From assembly GCA_013151235.1 (NCBI GenBank), contig JAADIO010000061.1, positions 1 through 51,611 of the forward strand: a stretch of DNA of 51,611 nucleotides, read 5' to 3'. Position 1 is the first letter of the stretch, and each line of letters starts with the position of its first letter. Shown one piece after another: positions 30,031 through 39,535 of this stretch. Both the position numbers and the translations under genes were made by a program. The notes beneath the pieces are model-generated. The model worked only from the letters and a program-made list of their open reading frames with translations, was not told the DNA's origin and made no database searches. This stretch comes from Deltaproteobacteria bacterium. GTDB lineage: Bacteria > CG2-30-53-67.

Positions 30031-30372
30031 TCAGAAAACCTCCATCTCCCGAACCCGAAGCTCATTTCCGGAAATCAGCTCGGAGGCAATCGAACCGCAC
30101 TTCTCGCAGGTCATTCTGAAGCCGCCGGCGCTGTACTCGGCGGAACAGGAGAGACAACGAACCCTGAGCGGTACGGCATTAATCGCAAGTTCCGCCCCTT
30201 CGGCCGGTGTATCCCGGCTCAAAATCTGGAAAGAATCCCGCAGATCATTGGAGTCAAGACCACTCATCTCTCCAACCTCCAGAACCACCCGCTTGATGCG
30301 GTTCGCACCCTCGGACTGGGCCTTCTCAATGAGCTGATGCAGCATTTCACGGGTGACGGTCATACAGTCCAT
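30031..30372 (-). CDS. HypA/HybF-like metallochaperone lacking the N-terminal MHE motif
   Basis: LEVGEMSG, T.AEGAEL, CLSC...CEKC, SGNELRV; starts MDCMT after RBS GAGG. Confidence 0.8.
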   Translation of the reverse strand: MDCMTVTREMLHQLIEKAQSEGANRIKRVVLEVGEMSGLDSNDLRDSFQILSRDTPAEGAELAINAVPLRVRCLSCSAEYSAGGFRMTCEKCGSIASELISGNELRVREMEVF

Positions 30373-30437
30373 TTTTTCCTCGTGGTGGTTTGTTGTTATT
30401 ATACCATAGATTCTGAAGGCCACAAGGCACCGTCGCT

Positions 30438-31055
30438 TTATTCCGGGCAATAATGTTCCGCCACCAGATAGAGTTCCACACTTCGGGAACGGGACGCCGG
30501 AGGTTTGGCAACACGGCAGCTTCTGAAACGGCCCCGCAATCGTTTCAGAAGAGGGGGAAAGTCTTTTCCCTGGAAGATCTTGACCACCAATCCCCCCCCG
30601 GACCGGAGTACGTCGGGAAGAAGGTCGATTACCCCTTCCACCAGGACCATGCTCATGTCATGATCGAGGGAGGGGATCCCGCGGGTATTCGGGGCCATAT
30701 CCGAAAGGACACGATCGACCTTTTCAGCCGGGAACTGACCGATGAGACGTTCAATCCCCACAGGGTCAAGGAGATCACATTGCAGGATCGTCACGCCGGG
30801 GATCGGATCCATCGCAAGAAGATCCGCGGCGACGACACGTCCCTTCCTTCCGACGATCGATACCGCCACCTGGCTCCATCCTCCGGGCGCCGCCCCCAGA
30901 TCGAGGACCCGGTCTCCGGGATGGATCACCCGAAACTTCTGTTGAATCTGCAGCAATTTGTAGGCCGATCGGGAACGGTATTTCCCCTCCCGGGCCTGCC
31001 GAACGTAAAGATCCCTTTCATGTTCCCGAATCCACCTTTTGGAAGAGCGGCTCAC
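30438..31055 (-). CDS. rlmE: 23S rRNA Um2552 methyltransferase
   Basis: YRSRSAYKL, LDLGAAPGGWSQ, SDMAPN, KIFQG, KP.ASRSRS.E. Confidence 0.95.
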   Translation of the reverse strand: MSRSSKRWIREHERDLYVRQAREGKYRSRSAYKLLQIQQKFRVIHPGDRVLDLGAAPGGWSQVAVSIVGRKGRVVAADLLAMDPIPGVTILQCDLLDPVGIERLIGQFPAEKVDRVLSDMAPNTRGIPSLDHDMSMVLVEGVIDLLPDVLRSGGGLVVKIFQGKDFPPLLKRLRGRFRSCRVAKPPASRSRSVELYLVAEHYCPE

Positions 31056-31231
31056 CGGTCACGACTCCATCTAACTATGAAAACTATAATCGAAAATGCT
31101 TGCCCGCGCAAAAGAGGCGATTTATGGTTGCAACTATTTTTTGCATCGTGGTATATTGAAAACAATCCGTCAACCTTGTCAATGAATCATTTTCAATCCT
31201 GATTGTTTTCTCTACTCTCTGGAGGCTCGTC

Positions 31232-32053
31232 ATGGAATCAAGAGAAAATGCACGCTATCTTATATTGGCCAATGTGAACGGGAAAAAGACCGCAATCCAA
31301 GTGGATGGTCTTTATACTATCCTGCCTCCGCAAAATTTTCCACCCCAAATTCCCAATGAAATCCAGTATCAGGACGAACGTCTTCCCCTCTATCGTGCCG
31401 GAGAACTCGTCGATACTTTTGAAAAGAAGTCGTCCGGTCATGATTCCTACGAACAGCTCTACCGGGAGTTTCTCTCCAAAGTCAAAGAGGTCTCCGACGA
31501 CGTCGCCAATATGAAACGGAAATTATCCAGGAACATGGAGCAGGACCTTGCCCGGATCACCCATGAAGGACTCCCCACCACCTCGGACCAGCTCTCCTCG
31601 ATTCAGTCCGAATCCGCCGCCACGGCCGACAACATCATGGGACTGACCGAAAAGGTTCAGGAGAGTCAACAAAAAATGGGGGAAAAATTTTCAGCGATCA
31701 AGTCGGCACTGGAGGAGATCAAGAAACAGGAAACAAGTTTTTTTGAGCTGATTGAGGGACTGGAAGGCGTGATTAATGCCAATAATTCGGATTTGACGAA
31801 GATCATGACGACCCTTACCTTCCATGACATTACCAACCAGAAACTGCAGAAAGTGGTCGGCGCGCAGGAGGAGATGGAAGACAAGCTCCTCTCCATCCTC
31901 TTCCATTTCGGGATCGAATTCCGAAAGGAAGAAAACCCCGATGACGAGGTGATCAAACGGGGCGAAGAGATGCTGCACCTCCTGCAGGGAGCGAACAAAA
32001 AAACGATCGACCAGGAAGAAGTCGATCAATTACTCACGGAATTTTTGAAATAG
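31232..32053 (+). CDS. CheZ-like phosphatase with a short N-terminal extra domain
   Basis: Coiled-coil, A..IMGL.E, LTFHDITNQKLQKV (DxxxQ), C-terminal DQEEVDQLL..F. Confidence 0.75.
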   Translation: MESRENARYLILANVNGKKTAIQVDGLYTILPPQNFPPQIPNEIQYQDERLPLYRAGELVDTFEKKSSGHDSYEQLYREFLSKVKEVSDDVANMKRKLSRNMEQDLARITHEGLPTTSDQLSSIQSESAATADNIMGLTEKVQESQQKMGEKFSAIKSALEEIKKQETSFFELIEGLEGVINANNSDLTKIMTTLTFHDITNQKLQKVVGAQEEMEDKLLSILFHFGIEFRKEENPDDEVIKRGEEMLHLLQGANKKTIDQEEVDQLLTEFLK

Positions 32054-32336
32054 TGGAAAAACTTTTCCCATTTTGGGAAAAGTTTTTCATATATAGGGCA
32101 TTTCTTTTCTTATTCATCTCAAGAGAGTACCACTCACGCCTGCGTGCCTGTATCATCCTCATAACCCACTGTAAACAATCAATTATATACAGTATATCTG
32201 CAATTTGCTGTAGACCGAACGGCATAAATTGCAAATAAACAGACCAAACAAAATTCTTCCCGCCAAAAAGGCCGATGCTTTTTTTAACATATAATTCAAT
32301 GTGATAGGCAATTTGCCGCCGGGAGATCCGACATTC

Positions 32337-32352
32337 CGGCATCTGAATTGCA
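32337..32352 (+). promoter_or_regulatory. sigma54 (-24/-12) promoter upstream of the ECF sigma gene
   Basis: CGGCATCTGAATTGCA with GG-N10-GC spacing, at the end of a ~350-bp AT-rich spacer. Confidence 0.7.
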
Positions 32353-32404
32353 TATAATAAAATCATTCTTCTGAGAAAGGACACCTCAATTTAAAGGAAA
32401 AGAC

Positions 32405-32950
32405 GTGGCACATAAAGACCTGCAAATGGTAACACGAATCCTCAATGGTGAACGGGAAACCTTCGAGACCCTCTACGACCTCTACTTTCCGAAGGTCTAC
32501 AATTATGTTTATATGAAACTGGGGGACCGGACGGAGGCGGAAGACCTGGTGCAGGACGTCTTTGTCTCAACGATTGAGTCGCTGGAAAGTTATGAGGGAC
32601 GATCCTCCCTTCTCTGCTGGATCTTCAGCATTACCAAAAACATGCTGAAAAACTTCTACCGGACCCGGAAACAGAACAGTTCCTGTTTTGTGGACGCCGA
32701 CGGTCAGTGCCGAAACAACTTTCATAAAATTTTTCAGACCCCCCTAGACCACCTGGAATACAAGGAATTTCTGGAGAAGTGGCACGAAAACATCTCCAAT
32801 TTGCCGCCTGACTCCAGAACGATTTTCTATCTGAAACATTTTAACGGGTTGACCATCAAAGAGATCGCCCGGAAAACCAACAAATCAGTCGGCGCCATCA
32901 AGGCCTCCCTTTATCGCACGAAAATAGCCCTGACGGAAGAAACGGGTTGA
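32405..32950 (+). CDS. ECF (group 4) RNA polymerase sigma factor
   Basis: AEDLVQDVF, W.FSI.KN region 2; region 4 GLTIKEIA...VGAIKASLYR. Confidence 0.9.
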   Translation: MAHKDLQMVTRILNGERETFETLYDLYFPKVYNYVYMKLGDRTEAEDLVQDVFVSTIESLESYEGRSSLLCWIFSITKNMLKNFYRTRKQNSSCFVDADGQCRNNFHKIFQTPLDHLEYKEFLEKWHENISNLPPDSRTIFYLKHFNGLTIKEIARKTNKSVGAIKASLYRTKIALTEETG

Positions 32951-33070
32951 CCCGGCCGTCCATCCTTTCCAAGATCTTTCCACATTCATAATCCATATTC
33001 ATTGCCCGCCACATTAATTGATGCTACACTGAACCGGTTTTAAGAAGATTCCATCTCTCTGCTGGAAACC

Positions 33071-36000
33071 ATGACCGACACGATTGTAAATCTTCAAAAC
33101 CTCTGGGACCGTATTCTCGCCCCGGAAGGGGACCGGGTCGACCTGGCCGGGCTGGCGGGGTCCTCCCGGGCGTACCTGCTGGCCCGCCTGGAAGAATTCC
33201 GGCCCCATCCCCTCCTGGTGATTACTTCTTCTCCCTCGGAGGCGGAACGGTTTTTTAACGATCTCTCCTTTTTCCTGCGGGGAGCCTCACTGGGAGAAAC
33301 GGTCGTCCTCTTTCCACAGTGGGAGGTCCTCCCCTATGATGACAGAAGCCCGCACCCGGAGATCGTTCGGCAACGTCTGACGGCCCTGAACCGGCTGGCC
33401 GGAAACGAAAACCTCATCACCATCACAACCGTACGGGCGGCGATCCAGAAGGTCCTGCCGAAAGAGGCCTTGTCAAGAGGCTCCTTCACGCTCCATGTCG
33501 GAGAGTCCCTGGAGCCGGACCTCTTGACGGAAGAGCTGATCCATTTCGGATACCGTCAGACCGATCTCGTGGAATGTCCCGGCACCTTCTGCAGGAGAGG
33601 GGGGATTCTTGATCTCTTTCCCCCGAATCTTGACACCCCTTTGCGTCTCGATTATTTCGGCGATGAGATCGAATCCATCCGTCGTTTCTCCCCTGAAAAT
33701 CAGCGTTCGACGGACCCGGTCGATTCCTGCACCATCCTTCTTTCCCGGGAAATCCTGCTCGATCCGGCATCCATGGCATCCCTGCACCCGGACGGTGAGA
33801 TGCAGCGATGCCCGGCATTGTCACAGATTGAGGAGGGGATCATTCCCGAAGGAATTGAGTTTTATGCCCCTCTTTTCACGCCGCGCATGGCCACCCTCTT
33901 TGATTATCTCCCGGAGAATACCGGAGTGGTCATCGACCAACCTGCAAAAGTCGAAGAGCAGGCGGAAAAGTTTCACCATGAGATTGCCGAACGCCATGAC
34001 ATCGTCCGGGAACAGGGGAAAGCTCCCTGTGCCGCAGAGGAACTCTATCTCGATGCAAAAGATTTCCAGGCGGTACTGGAGACAAAACACCGGGTATGGT
34101 TTGTCCTGTCGGGAGGAGAAGAACCACAAGAACTTTTTTTCAAAACGGAGTCCATCGGCGGGTTGGCCCGTCCCGGCAAAAGCAGGATCACCGCTTTGAG
34201 TGAGACCCTTCAGACCCTTCGGAATGAAACGGACCTTTCCATCGTGGTCCGTACGAAAGGGCAGGCCGAACGATTGATGGAGATCCTGACGGAAGAGGAA
34301 GGAATCCCCTGTCGGCGGATCGACCATCTGCCGGAGGTCCCCAGGCCGAAAGGGGCGGTCGGAATCCTGATCGCCCCCCTCTCTTCGGGGTTTCGTTTTC
34401 CCCTCTTCGGCCTGACCCTGATCACCGAGGAAGAGATCTTCGGCATTAAACGGAGCCGCCGTCCGCCCCGTCAGGTCAAGGAAGGTCCCTTTGTCACCCG
34501 CCTTTCCGATCTTGCGGAAGGGAATTTCGTCGTTCATATCGATCATGGCATCGGGATCTACCGGGGCCTGCGGGAGGTGGAGGTCGAGGGAAGCGCCCGG
34601 GACCTGATCCGGATCGAATATGCAGGCAAAGATCTCCTCTACCTGCCTCCGGAAAAGCTGCACCTCATGCAGAAATACTCCGGCAGCGATGAACATGCCG
34701 TCCAGATCAGCAAGTTGGGGGGAACCGGCTGGGAAAAACTGAAGGGAAAAATCAAGAAATCCATCGAAGAGATGTCCCGGGAGCTGATCGAACTTTATGC
34801 CGAACGGAAGGTCGCACAAGGAACCGCCTTCTCCCCTCCGGACAGCCTCTTCCGCGAATTTGAAGAAACCTTCGAATATGATGAGACACCGGATCAGGCG
34901 CGGGCCATCGAGGAGGTCCTCCAGGATATGCAAAAACCAACCCCCATGGACCGGCTTGTCTGCGGGGACGTGGGGTACGGCAAAACCGAGGTAGCAATCC
35001 GGGCCGCCTTCAAAGCGGCTCTCGACGGGAAACAGACCGCCATCCTCGTTCCGACAACCCTCCTGGCCCGTCAGCATGCCGAAAACTTTGCCAGGCGCTT
35101 CCGCCCCTTTCCGGTGGAGGTGGCGATGTTGAGCCGTTTTGCGAACCGAAGCGAACAGAAAGTGACCCTGGAGAAGATCAAAAAGGGCGAAACGGACATC
35201 CTGATCGGAACACACCGCCTCCTCTCCCGGGACATCGCCTTCAAAAATCTTGGACTTCTCATCATCGACGAGGAACAACGCTTCGGCGTTCGCCATAAGG
35301 AAAAGCTTAAACAGCTCCGGAAAGAGGTGGACGTTCTCACCCTGACCGCCACCCCGATTCCCCGGACACTGGAGATGTCTCTGCTCGGCATCCGGGACAT
35401 CAGTATCATCAATACCCCCCCGGAGGACCGGCTCTCCATTGATACCCGCGTGGTCCGATTCTCGGAGGGGATCATCCGGGAGGCATGCCTGAGAGAACTC
35501 GACCGGGGCGGGCAGATATTCTTCGTCCATAACCGGGTACGGGACATCGACCGGATGGCAGAGAGGATGCGACGGATCGTCCCCGAGGCACGGGTGGACG
35601 TCGCCCACGGGCAGATGGAGCAGCACCATCTGCAGGAAGTCATGAATCGCTTCCTCGATCGGGAAACGGACCTGCTGGTCACGACAACCATCATTGAGTC
35701 GGGTCTCGATATTCCCAACGCCAACACCATGCTTATCCATCAGCCTGAAATGTTTGGACTCGGGCAGCTTTACCAGCTCCGGGGACGGATCGGACGGACT
35801 CGTCATCGGGCTTACGCCTATCTTCTGACCCGGGCCGACCGCTCCATGACCGAGGTGGCCCGTCAGCGGCTGCAGGTCATTCAGGAGTTGACCGAGCTCG
35901 GATCGGGCTTTCAACTGGCCGCCCGGGACCTTGAAATCCGGGGAGCGGGAAATCTTCTGGGCGCGAAACAATCGGGTTTTATCTCCGCCGTAGGGATCGA

Positions 36001-36499
36001 CCTCTACATGCAGCTCATCGAAGAAGTCTCCCTCAAGTTAAAAGGAGAAAAACGGGAAGAGACGATTGAGCCTTCCCTCCGGATACGCGTCTCGGCCCGC
36101 ATCCCGAAGGCTTACATCCGGGAGGATCGTCTTCGTCTCGATCTCTACCGCCGTCTGGCTCTTCTCGATTCAAACGAAGAACTTTACCGGATTGCAGATG
36201 AGATGAAGGACCGTTTCGGCACGCCCCCGAAGGAAGTCCACAATCTTTTGCGGCTGGCGGAGTTGCGTATCCTCTGCAGAAAGCTGCGTGTTTTGGAGAT
36301 CCTCGAACAGAAAAAGGGAATCCGTCTGAGCTTCGACCGGGAAACCCCGGTTTCCCGGGAACGGATCATTACGCTTTTGCAAAGCGCTCCCCATCTCATC
36401 CACCCGCTGTCCGAATACCAGTTGGAATTCATGAAGGAAGGAGAGTCCTTCGGCGAGACCTGGGTCCGGATGAAAAACTTCTTGCAGGAACTGATCTGA
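33071..36499 (+). CDS. mfd: Transcription-repair coupling factor
   Basis: RGGILD, VVHIDHGIG, CGDVGYGKTEVA, DEEQRFGV, TATPIPRTL, QLRGRIGR, DLEIRGAGNLLG. Confidence 0.98.
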   Translation: MTDTIVNLQNLWDRILAPEGDRVDLAGLAGSSRAYLLARLEEFRPHPLLVITSSPSEAERFFNDLSFFLRGASLGETVVLFPQWEVLPYDDRSPHPEIVRQRLTALNRLAGNENLITITTVRAAIQKVLPKEALSRGSFTLHVGESLEPDLLTEELIHFGYRQTDLVECPGTFCRRGGILDLFPPNLDTPLRLDYFGDEIESIRRFSPENQRSTDPVDSCTILLSREILLDPASMASLHPDGEMQRCPALSQIEEGIIPEGIEFYAPLFTPRMATLFDYLPENTGVVIDQPAKVEEQAEKFHHEIAERHDIVREQGKAPCAAEELYLDAKDFQAVLETKHRVWFVLSGGEEPQELFFKTESIGGLARPGKSRITALSETLQTLRNETDLSIVVRTKGQAERLMEILTEEEGIPCRRIDHLPEVPRPKGAVGILIAPLSSGFRFPLFGLTLITEEEIFGIKRSRRPPRQVKEGPFVTRLSDLAEGNFVVHIDHGIGIYRGLREVEVEGSARDLIRIEYAGKDLLYLPPEKLHLMQKYSGSDEHAVQISKLGGTGWEKLKGKIKKSIEEMSRELIELYAERKVAQGTAFSPPDSLFREFEETFEYDETPDQARAIEEVLQDMQKPTPMDRLVCGDVGYGKTEVAIRAAFKAALDGKQTAILVPTTLLARQHAENFARRFRPFPVEVAMLSRFANRSEQKVTLEKIKKGETDILIGTHRLLSRDIAFKNLGLLIIDEEQRFGVRHKEKLKQLRKEVDVLTLTATPIPRTLEMSLLGIRDISIINTPPEDRLSIDTRVVRFSEGIIREACLRELDRGGQIFFVHNRVRDIDRMAERMRRIVPEARVDVAHGQMEQHHLQEVMNRFLDRETDLLVTTTIIESGLDIPNANTMLIHQPEMFGLGQLYQLRGRIGRTRHRAYAYLLTRADRSMTEVARQRLQVIQELTELGSGFQLAARDLEIRGAGNLLGAKQSGFISAVGIDLYMQLIEEVSLKLKGEKREETIEPSLRIRVSARIPKAYIREDRLRLDLYRRLALLDSNEELYRIADEMKDRFGTPPKEVHNLLRLAELRILCRKLRVLEILEQKKGIRLSFDRETPVSRERIITLLQSAPHLIHPLSEYQLEFMKEGESFGETWVRMKNFLQELI

Positions 36500-36518
36500 T
36501 TATGATAGGAACCCAGTC

Positions 36519-37463
36519 ATGTCGCATTCCCCCATTCTCCGGGCACCCATTTTCCGGACACTGTTCTTCATGCTCTTCGTCCCGATCTTGTTCTCCCGAT
36601 GCAGCAAGATCCCGGAGAAGGAGGAGGCGTCCGTTGTCGCCCGGGTGAACGGCGAGCCCATCCTGCAGGCGGAACTGGACCGGGAGATCCTCCATATTGA
36701 CAACAGTTTTTCCCTGCCGGTGGAACGGAAACCGGACCGGAAGTTCTCGGAGGAAATCCTGCGCCGGATGATCCGGCGACGCCTCCTGTTACAGGAAGCG
36801 AAAAAACTGGGAATGACCCTTTCCGGCAAGGAGGCGGCAAAAATGGTGGCCGAACGAAAGGGAGATCTCTCCCGGAAGGATCTGGAAACCTTGCTCAAAA
36901 ATACCAACCACAATTACGATGAATGGAAGAAAGGGATCATCGAAGACGCACTGATCGAACGGCTGATACAACAACAGATCAATGCAAAACTCCATGTCAG
37001 TGATGAAGAACTGATCGCCTACTATGAAGCCCACCCCAAAGAGTTTGATCTACCGGAACGGGTACACGTTCGGCAGATTGTCGTAGCAAAAAAAGAAGAG
37101 GCCGAAAAAATCCGCAAACGACTCGTTGACGGGAAGGAGGACTTCGCCCTGGTTGCCGTGGAGGTCTCACTCAGCCCCGATGCAGAGCAGGGTGGAGACA
37201 TCGGCACTTTTGCCCGGGGACAAATGCCCCCGGAGTTCGACAAGACCTGTTTTGCGCTGGAAGTCGGCGAAATCAGCCCGGTCGTGAAATCCCCTTACGG
37301 CTACCACCTCTTTCGTGTAGAGCAGCACTTCCCGGCGGGACGGCAGACCTTCAAAGAGGCCCGAAAGGAGCTTTACAAAAAATTCATGGCCAGGAAACGG
37401 GAGGAGGCCTTTGAACATTATCAGGAAAAACTCTGGAACCAGTCAGAGATCATCTTTCATTGA
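36519..37463 (+). CDS. SurA/PrsA-like parvulin peptidyl-prolyl isomerase (possible lipoprotein)
   Basis: VVARVNGEPI, VHVRQIVV, GGDIG, F.L..GEIS..VKSPYGYHL. Confidence 0.88.
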   Translation: MSHSPILRAPIFRTLFFMLFVPILFSRCSKIPEKEEASVVARVNGEPILQAELDREILHIDNSFSLPVERKPDRKFSEEILRRMIRRRLLLQEAKKLGMTLSGKEAAKMVAERKGDLSRKDLETLLKNTNHNYDEWKKGIIEDALIERLIQQQINAKLHVSDEELIAYYEAHPKEFDLPERVHVRQIVVAKKEEAEKIRKRLVDGKEDFALVAVEVSLSPDAEQGGDIGTFARGQMPPEFDKTCFALEVGEISPVVKSPYGYHLFRVEQHFPAGRQTFKEARKELYKKFMARKREEAFEHYQEKLWNQSEIIFH

Positions 37464-37486
37464 TCCTTCATCCATGGAGAAGCGGT

Positions 37487-38562
37487 ATGATCCGGAAATC
37501 CTTTATATTTGATGCTCTCGTAAAAAGTTGTTTTCCGGATTCCGTTCATGGTTCGACAGGCTCACCACGAACGGAATATCAATCACTTACACCGTTCGCC
37601 CTGAGCTTGTCGAAGGGCTTTTCGTGACTTTTTACGAGTCCATCATATTTATCCTCTTTCTTCTCGGAACGCTCGGCACCGCCCACGCGGAGATTCTCGA
37701 CCGAATCGTCGCCGTTGTCAACAACGATGTCATTACCCTAAGCGAGCTGAAACAGGCGGAGACCTCTATCCTTCAAACCGGCCCGTCTTCCTCGAAACCG
37801 GCCCCGGCCAAACTCCTTAACGAACTCATCAACAAAAAAATAAAACTGCAAAAAGCCAAGGAGTTGGGGATCGTCGTCTCCGATAAAACCGTGGACGACG
37901 GCGTCAACGAGATCGCCCAACGAAACGGTCTGACGGAAACAATTCTGAAAGAAAAACTCAAGAAGGAGGGCATCCCCTGGAACGACTACAGGGAACAGAT
38001 CCGCGACCAGATAATTCTGACTCGGATGCTGAACCGGGAAATCCGCTCCAAGATTGTCCTGCTCCCCGAAGAAGCGAAGGAATACTATCTGAAGCACCAG
38101 GACCGTTTCGTCCGTAAAGCAAAAAAACATATCCTCAGGATACTGCTGACCCTGCCCGAAGGAGCAACACAGGAGATCATCGACGCCCGAAAGGAGGAGA
38201 TGGAGAAATTACGAAAACGGATCGTAAGCGGTGAGAATTTTCGGCAACTTGCGATTCGTACCTCTGAGGGACCGGAAAGCAAAAACGGGGGAGACCTCGG
38301 TGACTTTGCCGAAGGTGAACTCCGGGAAGATTTGAGCCGGGCGATTGCAGGATTGAAGGCCGGAGACGTCTCTTCCGTCTTCCGGACACCGGAGGGAATT
38401 ACCCTTCTGATGGTCGAAGAGATCAAAAAGCCCAAACCCATTCCTTTTGAGAAGGTCCAAGATTCAATCCGGAAGGCCCTCTACCAGGAAAAGGTAAAGA
38501 AAAAATACGAGTCCTGGATCAAGGAGCTACGCGAGGAAGCCTACATCGAGATTAAACTCTGA
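37487..38562 (+). pseudogene. surA: SurA-like parvulin PPIase with its signal peptide interrupted by a MITE (frameshifted from the native ATG; possibly rescued by an alternative start)
   Basis: RBS GGAG + ATG 37487. Removing 37511-37650 restores MIRKSFIFILFLLGTLGTAHA-EILDRIVAVVNNDVIT. The downstream GGDLG and PPIase domain are intact. Confidence 0.75.
37511..37644 (+). mobile_element. MITE copy 1 (134 bp)
   Basis: TIRs GATGCTCTCGTAAAAAGT / ACTTTTTACGAGTCCATC; TSD ATATTT at 37505-37510 and 37645-37650; internal REP-like hairpins and IHF consensus TATCAATCACTTA. Confidence 0.9.
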
Positions 38563-39535
38563 TCACATTCTTTTTTCCCATATGTTCTTCTACGATCCGG
38601 GCCAGGACATTGATGAACTCGGGGTCGATGTTGATCGATTCGGTACGGCGGTATTCCGTAATCCCGCGTTCCTTCGCCCGGTCCCGGTAGAGCATATCGA
38701 TCTCGTAGAGGGTCTCGATATGATCGGAGACGAAGCTGACGGGGACCATAAGAAGCGCCTTTTTTCCCGCAGCGGCAAGCCGGTCGATCACCTCTTCCGT
38801 GCCGGGCCGCATCCACTTCACCGGACCGCTCCGGCTCTGGAAGGCCAGGTGATGGGAGATCCCGTCGACACGTTCGACAACCCCTCGGACGGTCTTTTCG
38901 ATCTCCGATAGATAGGGATCACCCTCGTCGATCATCCTCTGAGGAAGGGCATGGGCCGAGAAGACGACCTCGACTTCGTCCCTGCATTCTTCCGGAAAAT
39001 CGGCAAGTCCCTCCCGAACTTTTGATGCCAGAACATCGAGATAAGCGGGGTGGTCGCACCAGCTCCGGACGGCGGTATATTCTTTCCTGATCCCGGCTTT
39101 TTCAAAAGCCCGGTCGAGGTCGTTCAGGCTGGACCCGGTGGTGGTCCGGGAATAGTGCGGGTAGAGGGGAAGGGCGATCACCTTATCCGCCTCTTCCCGT
39201 TCGATTTCGGCAACGACCTCGGAGGCGGTGGGAGAAGTATAGCGCATGGCGATCCGGACGGAGGCATCGATCCCGGATCTGCGAAGCCGATCCTGCAACG
39301 CCTCCCCCTGCTGTTGCGTGATCTTCAGGATGGGGGACCCCCCTCCGATTTTCCGGTAGTTGTCGAGAACGTTTTTCAACCGGAAGCAAACGATCAGGCG
39401 AGAAAAGAGAGGCTGCAAGGGAAGACGAATGATCTCCCGGTCGGAGAAAAGGCGCATCAGAAAGGGACGGACTTCATCAAGCGTTCCCGGCCCCCCGAGA
39501 TTGAGAAGAATCACGGCGATCTTCTGAGACATCAC
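38552..39535 (-). CDS. hemH: Ferrochelatase
   Basis: LLNLGGP, YRKIGGGSP, AMRY, PLYPHYS.TTTGS, FSAH.LP, FQSRSGP..W..P, FVSDHIETLYEID. Confidence 0.96.
   Translation of the reverse strand: MMSQKIAVILLNLGGPGTLDEVRPFLMRLFSDREIIRLPLQPLFSRLIVCFRLKNVLDNYRKIGGGSPILKITQQQGEALQDRLRRSGIDASVRIAMRYTSPTASEVVAEIEREEADKVIALPLYPHYSRTTTGSSLNDLDRAFEKAGIRKEYTAVRSWCDHPAYLDVLASKVREGLADFPEECRDEVEVVFSAHALPQRMIDEGDPYLSEIEKTVRGVVERVDGISHHLAFQSRSGPVKWMRPGTEEVIDRLAAAGKKALLMVPVSFVSDHIETLYEIDMLYRDRAKERGITEYRRTESINIDPEFINVLARIVEEHMGKKNVIRV

Noticed and set aside
32220-32233. GGCATAAATTGCA as a sigma54 promoter
   Set aside because: GG-to-GC spacing is 8, not the obligatory 10. The correctly spaced site is at 32337-32352.
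33821-35971. 716-aa antisense ORF, and many other long antisense ORFs over dnaE, trmFO, hflK and the rSAM gene
   Set aside because: These are shadows of GC-rich coding strands. They have no recognisable motifs and lie fully opposite well-supported genes.
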